Source: Octopus sinensis (Eukaryota). Taken from it: DNA of 64,000 nucleotides. Every line of letters begins with the position of its first letter. Position 1 is the first letter of the stretch. Made by a program: the position numbers and the translations under genes. The notes beneath the pieces were generated by a model that did no database searches, was not told the DNA's origin, and saw only the letters and a program-made list of their open reading frames with translations. Where the stretch lies: the NCBI RefSeq assembly GCF_006345805.1, contig NC_043017.1, forward strand, positions 15,314,001-15,378,000, written 5' to 3'. This document shows positions 25,976 to 39,243 of this stretch, one piece after another.

Positions 25976-27715
25976 TGAGTAAGCTTATTTATTTATTTAA
26001 GCATTTGCAGACGACAGCCGGCCATCCTATTTCGGCTATGGTCATCAACAATGGCGGGATGGCTTGTAAGATTTGCATTCTGGTTAAATAATTGTTGGTT
26101 AATTAATGTTGATCATTATCACCATAAAATATGAAAGCAACAATCGGCTGTGAAAAGTTGTCTCCGTATTTCTAACATATTCCTCTTCTTGCGACATTCC
26201 TCTATCTTAGAGGTTATTTAATGGATACATTAAACAACGTCTAAGACAGAAATGGACCACACACACACACACACACACACACTCGAACACGCATACTTCT
26301 ACATACATACACGCAGATATATACGTGTGTGCGTATGTGTGTATGTTTAGTTAAATAAGATTCGGGTAGAAAAAACCTTGTGGTATGCTATGTAAAGCTT
26401 GTCCACAGTTATTGGTTACCAGATGTCACCATACAGTGGAAGTCTTGTTACTTGATATACATCAGAAATTCTATAGTATCTGTAGAATGTAAATAAGTAG
26501 ATAAATAATAAAACTGGATTAAACGACATTCATTATTGACATTGGTGCGGTGATATAATTAGCATAATGTGTAATCACTATCACCCATCAAAGGTATAAA
26601 ATGAGTTTCTTCGGATGATTATTTTAAACCGAGTCCTTCACAAGGTTTTACTGTTCTTTCACTCTGTATGAGAATGAATACCGAAAGCAGGGTGCTGTTG
26701 CTGGCGGAAGCTAAGCCCACTGACAAACCACAAATATCATCAGAAAGCAAGAAATAAACACAACAAAAGGAAATGTCGAGCTAACTATGAACTGTAATTC
26801 TATCTCGATGGTCAGATTATGAGGAAGAGAAAGCAGCGAAGAATAAAGGATAAAGTTGGGTTGTTCTGAGATAATAATGTGATAAGATGTTGAAAACCGA
26901 CCGTTTTCTGTTAGAACGAAACATCTGGATTCGTTCTGCAATAGAATCCGCTTTAATATATGAATTACAGAGAGTGAAATAAGAGTAGGATCGAGCGAAA
27001 GAATCACCATTGATGAAGGGTAGGTATTCCACAGTATGTTAATTATATCAGCTCAACAATATAATACGGGTGTAACGATGTATAGAAACGATTGTGATCG
27101 TCTTAAATAATCCATTTTCTGTCATTTATCTATATTATATATATAGAGAGAGAGGGGGAGGAGTTTATTCCTGCGCAGAAAAAACATAGAAATTGGGGGG
27201 GAGGGCATGTAACTGAATCGTTTTTAAATTTTGTAATAGATTTATTGAAATACCAAACCGCTTTAGACAATTCTTTCCTTATCAATGGAACAAACAAAAT
27301 AAATAAAGGGTTTAGAACATTTTAAAGTTACAAGGTAAAAATCAGATAAATCCGTTTAAACGATCAAATGGTCAAATGTTCGGTGAAGATCATAACAAAT
27401 CCACATTAGTGACAGTCTGTCATATTGAGTTTTTTTTATATAAAAATGGTGAGGAGAAAGAGAATAAGATGGCGAGAAAGAAAAAATGTTTTATGATAAT
27501 TTCTGTCGTGGTGAGTGTAGTTCTTTTCTCAATTTTAGTCGAAGTGCACGGATCTTTTCCCCTTCTTCGCGTGTTTGAGTTCGAAAGCTTTATGATCTTC
27601 ACCGAACGTTTACACTGATATTACTATTTACCCCTGTCGATAAAATGTCTGTGAACATTTGAATATTTGATGATTTAGACTTAAACTCTCCTAAAAGCTT
27701 TCTTTTTATTTATTT

Positions 27716-27757
27716 GCATCAGTGAAAAGCAAAAAATTGTCGAAACCGGTTTGGTAT
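27716..27757 (+). ncRNA. Degenerate minimal hammerhead-like motif (GUGAAAA-G core, palindromic ACCGGT stem III)
   Basis: gcatca-GTGAAAA-g-caaaaaattgtc-GAA-ACCGGT-T-tggtat; same layout as the 43-kb motif, with imperfect stems. Confidence 0.35.
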
Positions 27758-28281
27758 TTCAATAAATATATTACATTTAAAAGCGACTAATCGTTTTGAG
27801 ATTCAGATACATTCAGGTACATTTTCAAACCCCAAAACGAATTCTCATATGTATGTATGTATGTATGTATGCAAGTATGTATGTATGTATGTATGCATGT
27901 ATGTATGTATGTATGTATGTATGTATGTATGTATGTATGTATGTATGTATGCAAGTATGTATGTGTATAAGTAGAGTTTCAGGGACACTGCCAAACTTTA
28001 ATGTGTACCAATAAACTTTACTCTACATCAGAGTATTGAGTGTTCCTTCAATTACCATTGACTGTTTTATGTGTAGTTGTAAATATTAAAGATTATACAT
28101 TTATCTATGTATCTATATATATTTCATAAATATATATATATTTGTTTATTTATATGTTTATTTTATTTATTTATTTATATGATATATATATATATATATG
28201 CATCAGTTTATGAGTGTTTATAATATTTACATACGTATGCATGTATGCGTATATACTATATAAACATACATATACACATAC

Positions 28282-28316
<35 letters not shown>

Positions 28317-28326
28317 CGATACACAG

Positions 28327-28361
<35 letters not shown>

Positions 28362-28773
28362 TTGATTTGATTTTGTTGAGAAAATATTTCTATCCAGCAA
28401 GGCTTTTATTAAACCTGTACCAAAGTGACTTGCTGCAGAAAGTGTCTTGCATATTTTTCTTCTTTTCCAAGTAAATATATTTTTTGGTTCTCGTCTGGAT
28501 ATTCCTCTAAATTTCCCTTTGTTAAAACCACTTCCGATTCTCCTCCATTTTGTTACCTATTTCCGCTGCATAAAATCTAAGCAATCCAAACTATAGAATC
28601 GTTGTCTCTTTACTTTTGTTGTGCCGCCATGTTTCTGTGGTAAATTGAAACAAAATGGCAAAACGAAATAAAACTGAAAGAAGCGAGAGATGTGTGCAGT
28701 GTGAAAGGTTGCTCAAGTTCAACTACAAAATTAAAAGACTAGAATATGTTTGGAGATTCGTTTATTGTTGTTG

Positions 28774-28819
<46 letters not shown>

Positions 28820-28820
28820 A

Positions 28821-28884
<64 letters not shown>

Positions 28885-29319
28885 GAAAGTATGAACAATA
28901 CATTATAGATTTATTTTCTATATTTAATAAAGAATACAAAAATAATAAAAGAACAGAAGCAATCGATAAATAAAAAATTGTTTGTTTGTTTGTTGTTTTT
29001 TGGGGGTTTTTATTGCCCAATTATTTTTTAGATTGGCGAGGGAATGAAGGAGAGAATGTTCAGGTATGTTAACGATGTCGGAGACTTGTGGGTGGAATAG
29101 AAAGAGATATTCTTAGATTTGAGACTTGGCCAGGATTCCTAGAACAGTTTAATCCGTCAAAGCATGTGGACGGATGGGTGCGTATGTGTGTCTGTGCGCG
29201 TGTCTAAACGATATATACATAAGTACATACATACATACATACAAACATACACATATATATATGTATATGTATATATGTATGTATGTACGTATGTATATAT
29301 TGTATATATACAGACATCT

Positions 29320-31448
29320 TCGCCAGACATCGACATGAAACTTCAACAATTCATGTCTGTAATGTAAGCCATATGCTACAAATGTGTCCCAGAGAGAAAG
29401 GCCACTGTACACAAGAGCAAAATCCCCAGAGAGAGGAAAATTCTGAGACGGCGTACAAAAGTTTCAAATCAAGTAAACAAACAAATTGAAAGCAGTGAAA
29501 AGTCCCGCCTGAAAATAAAACTGTTGGAAATTGAAAAATGTCTGCAACTCTCCCATGAAAAAGAAAGAGCAGACAAAGAAGCCTGGACTATAGACAACAT
29601 AAAATCTAACCCCAGAGCTTTCTACAGGTATGCCAAAGAAACAGCTACGGTGCACTGTAGGATAGGGCCACTCCTTGAAAAGGCTCGCACACTCACAGGA
29701 AATCCAATGAGGGTAAGTGAAATACTAAATGAGCAATTCAAGAGTATTTTCACGCCACCCCTAGGGCATTTTCAAGTCAGCAATCCAACTGACTTCTTTA
29801 ACACTGCAGATATAAAATCGGAGGCAGCGATGATTGATTACATCAATATAAAGGAAGACGATGTAATAAAGACGATGAAATGAAAACAAACTCAGCTACT
29901 GGCCCAGATGGATTCCCAGCAATCATTCTAAAAGTATGTAAGAGAGTCCTAGCAAGACCATTGCAGTTGCTCTTTCAGAGCTTCCTTGCAACTGGCAAAC
30001 TTCCAAGAAAACTGAAGGAAGGTAAAATATGCCCTATTCATAAAGGAGGTAACAAAGCGGAGGCCAAGAACTACAGACCTATCTCTCTGACCTCACACAT
30101 CAGCAAGGTCATGGAACGAATAGTCAGAAGGAAACTAATCACCTTCCTTGAAGAAAATGACTTGCTGCCGGACACCCAACATGGTTTCCGACCAGGAAGA
30201 AGCTGCTTAACTCAGCTCCTACAACACTATGACTTGGTGCTGAAACGACTGCTCAACCACTCAAATGTGGAAGTCATATATCTCGACTTTGCAAAGGCCT
30301 TTGATAAAGTCGATCATGGAATGCTATGTCACAAACTGCGGGATCTTGGCATAGTTGGAAAATTGGGAGAATGGCTTCATGAGCGGTGTTCCGCAAGGCA
30401 CTATTTTGGGACCACTACTGTTCATAATGGCCCTCTCAGACATGCCCTCAGCCACGCAGAGAGCCACAATCACAAGTTATGCAGATGATACAAAAGTTTC
30501 ACAGGCAATACAGAACCCTGAAGACATTAAGCACCTGCAATGTGAGCTGGACAAAATATATAAGTGGGCTGAAAAGAATAGCATGCAGCTCAATGCTGAA
30601 AAGTTTCAAGCTCTATGCTATCAGCACGCAAAACTAAATGCAATACCCAATAAATACACTGGACCTGGAGGTACTGCAATCCCAGAGGCACAATCAGTGC
30701 GTGACCTGGGTATTTACATGAGTGATGATGCAACCTTTCATGTGCATGTTGCTAAATTGGCAATGAAATGCAGGCGGCTGACCGGATGGATTCTTAGAAC
30801 CTTCAGAACAAGAGACCAGGAAACCATGATGGTCCTTTGGAGGACACTTGTCCTAAGCCACTTTGACTATTGCTCTCAGCTATGGTCACCAACCAGTGTC
30901 AAGTTAATCACAGAACTTGAGGCGATCCAACGAAGCTACACGAAGAAGATAGCCTCTGTGTAGCATATAAGCTATTGGGAAAGACTCAAGAGATTGAGAC
31001 TCTATTCATTAGAGCGTAGACGAGGAAGATATGCCATAATATACATCTGGAAGATCCTAGAAGGACCTGTCCCAAACTTTGGCATCGAGAGTTACACAAA
31101 TGCCAGAACTGGGCGCCACTGCATAGTGCCAAGGACTCCAAATTTGCCATCAAGATGTAGGACAAGATAGCCTGGGCTTCCGAGGCCCACAGCTCTTCAA
31201 TATCCTCCCGAAGAACCTAAGAGACATGCATGGGGTTGACGCAGATGTCTTTAAAATCTTGTCAGGTGTCCCAGATGAACCAACTTCGCGGCAGGAGGTG
31301 CAGATGAGGGCAACTGCATCGAACTCTCTCATGCACCAAATGGCAATTGCTAAAAAGCACTCGTGAAGTAAAATCATGTAGCAACACCAAATGGCGGTGC
31401 CCCAGCATGGCCACAGCTTGTGAGCTGAAACTAGATAAATAAAAAATA
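29320..31448 (+). mobile_element. 5'-truncated CR1/L2-group LINE (RT, disrupted)
   Basis: 'SATGPDG', 'NYRPISLTS', 'QHGFRPGRSC', 'YLDFAKAFDKVDH', 'GVPQGTILGPLLF', 'YADDTK'; 3' tail 'ggcggtgccccagcatggccacagc..gctgaaac' followed by an A-rich end; deletion at ~30380. Confidence 0.92.
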
Positions 31449-31673
31449 TATACATAAATATATATTCATATATATGTTAGAAAATTTGGAGATGATGTAC
31501 AGGTATTTTATATTAGAAGAAATGAGATGCTCAGAAATTCGGACGGTTTTAGACTTACAGATATTTATATACATCATATATATACATCATATATATACAT
31601 CATATATATACATCATATATCATATATTAGCGCTTTCGTCCATTCTAGTGGAGTTTTCAAATTCAAATATATG

Positions 31674-31709
<36 letters not shown>

Positions 31710-31711
<2 letters not shown>

Positions 31712-32050
31712 GTAAAGACCCCCTTCGGTCATGAATGACCATGGGATTGCACCTAGAAAGTTACCCTCCTAGACACAAGTCCGGGCAAGGTTGTTTATGG
31801 AAGACCAGCAGTCGCCCATGCATACCGGCCTCCCCTCTCCACGCCACCAGTGTTATCCAAGGGAAAGACAAAGGTCGATACAGCTTGGCACCAGTGACGT
31901 CGCAACTCATTTCTACAGCTGAGTGAACTGCAGCAACGTGAAATAAAGTGCCTTGCTCAAGAACACAACACGCAGCCCGGTCCGGGATTCGAGCTCACAA
32001 CCTCACGATCGTAAGCTCGACGCCCTAACCACTGAGCCATGCGCCTTCAC
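31710..32050 (-). mobile_element. tRNA-derived SINE (family 3; CORE-like centre), apparently full length
   Basis: Head GGCGCATGGCTCAGTGGTTAG (A box) and GCTCGAATCC (B box), then 'cttgagcaaggcacttt', resembling the CORE 'cttgggcaagtcactt'. The CORE assignment is inference. Confidence 0.85.
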
Positions 32051-32189
32051 ATATATATATATTATATATATATATATATATATATTATACAGTCTGACAT
32101 ACACACACACATGCACATGCGGTGCCCCATCATGCCCTCAGCCACGCTTGGCTGAAACGCATAAAAAAATAAAAGTATACATGTATGTC

Positions 32190-33010
32190 TATATATAGGA
32201 CACTTTTCGTGGAGAAGACGGGCTATAAACATTATGTCAAAAGTGCTTCCATATTGGAACTCGAAGATATCCAGGTTTACAACAGGAAGTAGCAAACGAT
32301 GGATGAGATTAGGAGACAGACGTTATCCAGGAGAGAGATTCCTCCTGCTGTTGTCGCACTCTGCACAGCTGCCCTTGGGTTTGCAGATTCTGGCAAATAT
32401 TGGAGTGTTTCCACCTGTCAGATATACTCTTCCCTTGCCAACAGAGTGAAGATGAGATGTAAGGTGACGTTCACCATACTTGTAGGTCTCTCCTAGGATC
32501 CCATCTTCACCAGAAGACTTACTGTTTTTGAGAAAGTAGATCGTCTGTTGGACTTCATCAAGTGCTGGAGGTATGTTAAGCTTTGTCAGGACAGGAAGAT
32601 CTGGAACCTCTTCAAGAGCCGCGGAGTCCGTGGGGTTGACTCGATTGAAAAGTTCTTGAAAAGATTCGGTTCACCTTTGAAGTATCGCAGTTTTCTCTTT
32701 CAGTAATATGCCATTCGATGATCTCACCTTTCTGCATGGGGCCGAAGTTTCTCACAATCGAGTTGCAGAACTGCAAAACGTTGAATTTCTTTCGCCTTTC
32801 GAAGTTACCAATCGTTTTGAGCATCCTTGATGTCACGCTGTGTGGTGGCAGAAGCATTCTTCAATTTTTGGGTGCAGGAATGCAAAGCCCTGGTTGGCTA
32901 GAACAACATCGTGAGGTTTGTTCTTTTACAACAGGAACGGTTGTAGGACTTCGACCGATTCATCAAACCAGCCGAAGTTGCGTCACAAAGTTGTTCCAAG
33001 GGATTGGCAC
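32190..33010 (-). mobile_element. RTE-clade LINE internal relic (pre-RT to start of RT)
   Basis: Frame-broken translation includes 'LRKAKEIQRFA', 'ELFNRVNPTDSAALEEVPDLP', 'KNSKSSGEDGI', 'RGISLLDNV'. Confidence 0.7.
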
Positions 33011-33157
33011 TGACATTGCAACTCATTTCTGCAGCTGAACTGGAACGACGTCAAATAAAGCGTCTTGCTCAAGAACATAACACTCAACCCGCTTCGCGAA
33101 TCGAACGCTCTACCTCATGATTGTATACCCAACGCTCTAACCACTGAGTCATATGCC

Positions 33158-33160
<3 letters not shown>
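33010..33160 (-). mobile_element. SINE family 3, 5' fragment
   Basis: Homologous to 31890-32050 (tgagtcatatgccttc / cttgctcaagaaca). Confidence 0.75.
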
Positions 33161-33203
<43 letters not shown>

Positions 33204-33890
33204 TTATGTAATATGACGTGTGTGTGTGTATTACCATGGTTCTTTCTCCAGAACTTCCACCAAGGAAGACAAAAGTTTGGTCATACGATTGATATTTCAT
33301 AACCCTTTTCATCTAAGGAATATTTGATTCCAAATTGGTTTGATTTGGCAGAAGTCACGTCTCGCATGAACACCATTAAGTTTCAGAAGCGAAATTCTTC
33401 ATAGTAAGATATTCTGATGGAATGGAATCATTTATGTGGAATCGGCTGAGGATAGCAAAAAAGTCGCTTTTTGACAATTGTTGCAAATTAACAAATTAAC
33501 ACGTCAACAGTGAATATATATGCTACGTTATTACATATTATACATAGATATACGGGTGAATATATTATATATATATTATATATATATATATATATATATC
33601 GCTTAATATTAATCACAGGAACTTCCATATATTATTCACCCCACATACACATTCCCACACTTTCCATTCCATAACCACTCACTTCCTACTCTCCCACCCC
33701 ACACCTACATAAATGACCAACACTAATGTGTCTCATTAGAACCAATCAAATTTTACCTTATTTAGTACAAGGCACATTTCACAACCAATGAAAAACACGT
33801 TTGTTTCCAACAGTGATTGCTCAGTGAAACTACATACATACACACCACGCTGTGTATATATATATATATTATATATAATATATATATATA

Positions 33891-33944
<54 letters not shown>

Positions 33945-33985
33945 CAGGAATATATATAGATAGATTTATACATATTGATAATATA

Positions 33986-34739
33986 CAGGGTGGGGCAAAA
34001 TGATCCGACACTTGTATGTTTAATAAAAGCGAAATAGAGAAAACAATGAAAAATAATACCATTTAATTTCAATTTGTTTTTAAAATTATCTCATTCAAAT
34101 GTTTGTTATTATTGTCTACACTCTGTTGAAATGATCCTCGTCACTGAAAAGCACAATAGCAGCATGAGTGGACATGTTGTATTTCCAAACACAATATTCT
34201 ACGATTCTCATGGTCTCCTTCGCTGAGTTCCTGTACCAACAGCATTTTGTATGGATGCATTTGCAGTTCCTTGTGAAGAATTCTTCTCAAACTTCTTCCT
34301 GAAAGTCCAAGAGCAGCGGCGTGTTCCCTTGCCGAACGTCATGGGAGCTGTTGAATTGAAGCTCTTGCTGTCGTCACATTTTGCGCAGTCCTGGCGGTCC
34401 GCGGCCGCTTGATGTTTGTCTCAATGCTGAATCATTAGCTCTGAAGTTGGTGACTCATAATAAAATCGTGTTTCGAGCAGGTACGGGATCATGTCCATCG
34501 AGTCTAAAGTGTACACCGAAAGCTCTTTGCGTTGCAGTTACCAATTCTTTGTTCTTGATAAACGTTTCCACAATGAAAGCGCGATGCTCGCCTGCCCAAT
34601 CCATATGAGTAATCACAAACAGAATGAAACAAAATGGCATTATATGTACATTTTGAAAATAAAAACACTTTTTTCATTATCTATTCTATTCAGCGTTTAT
34701 TAAACCTACAAATGTGTCAGGTCATTTTGCCCCACTCTG
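33986..34739 (-). mobile_element. Internally deleted Tc1/mariner (DD37D/maT-like) element with both TIRs and TA TSD
   Basis: TIRs ta|cagggtggggcaaaatgatccgacac... and ...gtgtcaggtcattttgccccactctg|ta (~70 bp, imperfect); transposase N-terminus 'MDWAGEHRAFIVETFIKNKELVTATQRAF' starts at 34604. Confidence 0.88.
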
Positions 34740-34792
<53 letters not shown>

Positions 34793-34819
34793 TCATAAAT
34801 ATACATATATATATATACA

Positions 34820-37804
34820 TATATACATATATATATATATACAAATACACAATTACACACACACACACACACTCACGCACACTCACTCACACACACACAC
34901 TCACGCACACTCACTCACGCACACACACAAACATACATACACACACACACACAGACACACATGTATATATATATATATATATATATCATGCATTAATGCA
35001 TGCAATATTTTTTATGTCAGAAACCAAGAAAGAGATGCTCAAGAGATAGAGAACAGTGAATTCCTATCTTTATTCACTGAAGTCGAATGTTATTCTTGCA
35101 GTCGTTAATGTTTTCGCGCCAATCAACCTTTCTACAAACAGTATTCCAATGCACACATGATTCTAACATGGAAACGGATCGATTGTTTACCATTAAATTT
35201 ACGATGTTCCTGATTCCGGCCGAAGACATTCCACTTTCTGGAATTACTTCCCTTTACTTCCAAACCCCTTAGTGAAGAATCTGATATTCGAATGAAACTT
35301 CAGTTCAATCATTACCAAAGATTTAAAACCAAAAGCTGTCTCTGCGGTCGCTGGACGAGATAAAACACCAAGTCGCCCTAGAAGAGGACAAATTGAGAAA
35401 TAAACCTTCAAGTATATCACGATGGTTTGATTTAGTATGGGGAGCAGTTATTCTGCTGATGCTTGTTCTGGATAGTTCTAGAAGCATGTTCTGATAGTTC
35501 TGGATGTCATTGATATACGATAAACTATATTCACTGTGCCACTTCGAGAATTTATTGGGTTTACATGTCCATATTACATGTAAGCGCACGTCTGTATGTG
35601 TATATATATATAATACAGTAAACACGAGTGGCGTTTAAAGTTCACAACAGCTGTTTTCGTAAAAAATTATTCAATGCAACCGTAAAAGATTACATTATAA
35701 TATACAATCCACCATCATCAGATAAAATCTATCCTGTTTAAAATTATATCTGATGATTATTGCATATTATGATCTACTTACGACTACATTGAATAACTCT
35801 TTCTACTTTAGGTACAACGTGAAATTGGTCAGTCTAACTAACACGGTACGCAACTGGTATCTATTTTATCGACCACGAAAGGATGAAGGGTGACGTCGAC
35901 CACGGTGGTATGACGACTACTTTTAATTATATTCAACCGAAACAGCAGTCGCAAATTTGGAAACACCGTTGGTGTTTATTTGTTTATACATAAACCACAC
36001 CAAGGACACACTGGTGAGTTTGATCGGTTACAAATTGGATTTGGTATCCGCGTATCTATGGCATCCTGCCAGCACTTGTGCCTAGCCAATTGGGGCGTCA
36101 TACATGCTGATGTGTCTTGATGTTAAGGAATCCGTATAACTAATTTAGATGTGTGTATGTGGTTTGTACCTGCGTAGGTAGTTATATGTGTATACTTATA
36201 ATATGGATGCACACACTTGTGCCTGAGTACATATACATGTTATATATATCATATATGTGTGTATGTATATATATATTATATACATATGTATATTTACATA
36301 CATATATATATATATACAAATACACAATTACACACACACACCACACACACACACTCACTCACACACTCACTCACACACACACACTCACGCACACTCACTC
36401 ACGCACACACACAAACATACATACACACACACACACACAGACACACATGTATATATATATATATATATATCATGCATTAATGCATGCAATATTTTTTATG
36501 TCAGAAACCAAGAAAGAGATGCTCAAGAGATAGAGAACAGTGAATTCCTATCTTTATTCACTGAAGTCGAATGTTATTCTTGCAGTCGTTAATGTTTTCG
36601 CGCCAATCAACCTTTCTACAAACAGTATTCCAATGCACACATGATTCTAACATGGAAACGGATCGATTGTTTACCATTAAATTTACGATGTTCCTGATTC
36701 CGGCCGAAGACATTCCACTTTCTGGAATTACTTCCCTTTACTTCCAAACCCCTTAGTGAAGAATCTGATATTCGAATGAAACTTCAGTTCAATCATTACC
36801 AAAGATTTAAAACCAAAAGCTGTCTCTGCGGTCGCTGGACGAGATAAAACACCAAGTCGCCCTAGAAGAGGACAAATTGAGAAATAAACCTTCAAGTATA
36901 TCACGATGGTTTGATTTAGTATGGGGAGCAGTTATTCTGCTGATGCTTGTTCTGGATAGTTCTAGAAGCATGTTCTGATAGTTCTGGATGTCATTGATAT
37001 ACGATAAACTATATTCACTGTGCCACTTCGAGAATTTATTGGTTTACATGTCCATATTACATGTAAGCGCACGTCTGTATGTGTATATATATATAATACA
37101 GTAAACACGAGTGGCGTTTAAAGTTCACAACAGCTGTTTTCGTAAAAAATTATTCAATGCAACCGTAAAAGATTACATTATAATATACAATCCACCATCA
37201 TCAGATAAAATCTATCCTGTTTAAAATTATATCTGATGATTATTGCATATTATGATCTACTTACGACTACATTGAATAACTCTTTCTACTTTAGGTACAA
37301 GGCGTGAAATTTGTGGTTGGAAGGTCAGTCTATGCTACTAACAACTGTACGCAACTGGTATCTATTTTATCGACCACGAAAGGATGAAGGGTGACGTCGA
37401 CCACGGTGGTATGACGACTACTTTTAATTATATTCAACCGAAACAGCAGTCGCAAATTTGGAAACACCGTTGGTGTTTATTTGTTTATACATAAACCACA
37501 CCAAGGACACACTGGTGAGTTTGATCGGTTACAAATTGGATTTGGTATCCGCGTATCTATGGCATCCTGCCAGCACTTGTGCCTAGCCAATTTGGGGCGT
37601 CATACATGCTGATGTGTCTTGATTGTTAAGGAATCCGTATAACTAATTTAGATGTGTGTATGTGTTTGTACCTGCGTAGGTAGTTATATGTGTATACTTA
37701 TAATATGGATGCACACACTTGTGCCTGAGTACATATACATGTTATATATATCATATATGTGTGTATGTATATATATATTTATATACATATGTATATTTAC
37801 ATAC

Positions 37805-37818
<14 letters not shown>
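34820..37818. repeat. Two-copy tandem duplication of a ~1.48-kb unit
   Basis: 'acaaatacacaattacac' at 34841 and 36316; the following ~1.4 kb is near-identical in both copies; the junction lies in (TA)n. Confidence 0.92.
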
Positions 37819-37836
<18 letters not shown>

Positions 37837-39141
37837 ATCTATGTAACTATGTATATGTATTTGTCTCTTTATATTCATATGTATATACAAAACTATATAT
37901 ACACGCATAAATGTGTTCACACACACACGTGTGTGTGTATGTACATGTGTGTGCGTCTGCACGAATGTATAATAACTATGCTTGTCACCAATTACCAGAG
38001 CCAAGAGTGAGACAATGTGGAACCATGGCATTAGTTGATCTCATGTTTTCATGTGACCCAATGGTTATGTGTGTGCACGTGAATACACATTCACGTGCTA
38101 ACACATGAGTCTGACCATATCGACCCCATCCTCCTACATACATGTGTGTATGTGTATGTATGTATATATATGTACGTATGTGTGTGTGTGTATATATATA
38201 TGTGTGTGTGTGTGTATATATATGTATGCAAGTGTGTATGTATGAATGGTATGACAAGTGTCAGTAATTCTTATATACAATCTATAATTGTGTATCTAAA
38301 TAAATATTCTCTGACTCAGAGACCAGAGCGTTGACGCACCATGCGCAGACGCCCAGACACGCCCCCCCCCTCTACACACACACACGCACACATACACAGA
38401 GCTACCTTTTTATCAATCTATCATTTTATCGATTTCTCTGTCTTTCTGTCAACCTATCTGTTTGCCTATATATATGTATGTATACATCTGTGTCCATATA
38501 TATAACGTGTGCATGTATGTATGTATGTATGTATGTATGTATGTATGTATGTATGTTGAAATTACCCATGCTGGTGGAATAATTCTTCGTCTGTAGTAGC
38601 TCTTCTCCCTGTTCTTCTTCATTGCAGGCAAACAATGGATTCCAAGCAGAGGCAATGTACCATTATTGCGTTTTCGACGATAAAGCAGGGTTGCAGTCTG
38701 TCTAACACCCGCAGACGGCTACAGGATTTTTGTTTCCGAGATAGCACTCCTATCAAAAGCAATGTGTACAGATGAATGTCACAAATCCCAGTGAGCGGAC
38801 GAAGTGATTCCCGTGGACAGAGAAGCCACAATACATGAAGCGGACTGTGGTCAAAGGTACCAGAGAGGATGGTGGAAGACTTTCGGTATGATAGACGTCT
38901 TAGTCTATAAAAAAGCCCATAAATCTACTCCCCTTTCATGCACACATTTTCCATCACAGATACTAGTGTATATATACAGACATACATTTACATTCAGACT
39001 GTTGGTATTTTAATAAATTTGTTACAAAATTTAAAATTTTACAACTCGTTTTAAGACTTGGGTACATTTTCAACCCCAAAACCCACTCTCCTGTATTCTT
39101 TCATTTGTGAGAACACACTTCTTTTCCCATACATCTGTGTC

Positions 39142-39176
<35 letters not shown>

Positions 39177-39243
39177 AGAGAGAGAGAGGGGGGAGAGGGA
39201 GAGAGTGTGTGTATGTGTGTTTGTATGCATGTATGTATGCATG

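Noticed and set aside
26015-26065. Minus-strand TTGATGA-ccatagcc-GAAA
   Set aside because: Stem II cannot pair and there is no valid cleavage triplet; at best a decayed relic.
26711-27032. Hydrophobic minus-strand ORF resembling a Cys-loop receptor or GPCR segment
   Set aside because: No diagnostic motif and no splice boundaries; AT-rich sequence readily gives hydrophobic ORFs.
38628-38775. Strong plus-strand acceptor as exon 2 of the 18.4-kb candidate gene
   Set aside because: The frame compatible with the phase-1 donor stops after 18 codons, and no product is recognisable.
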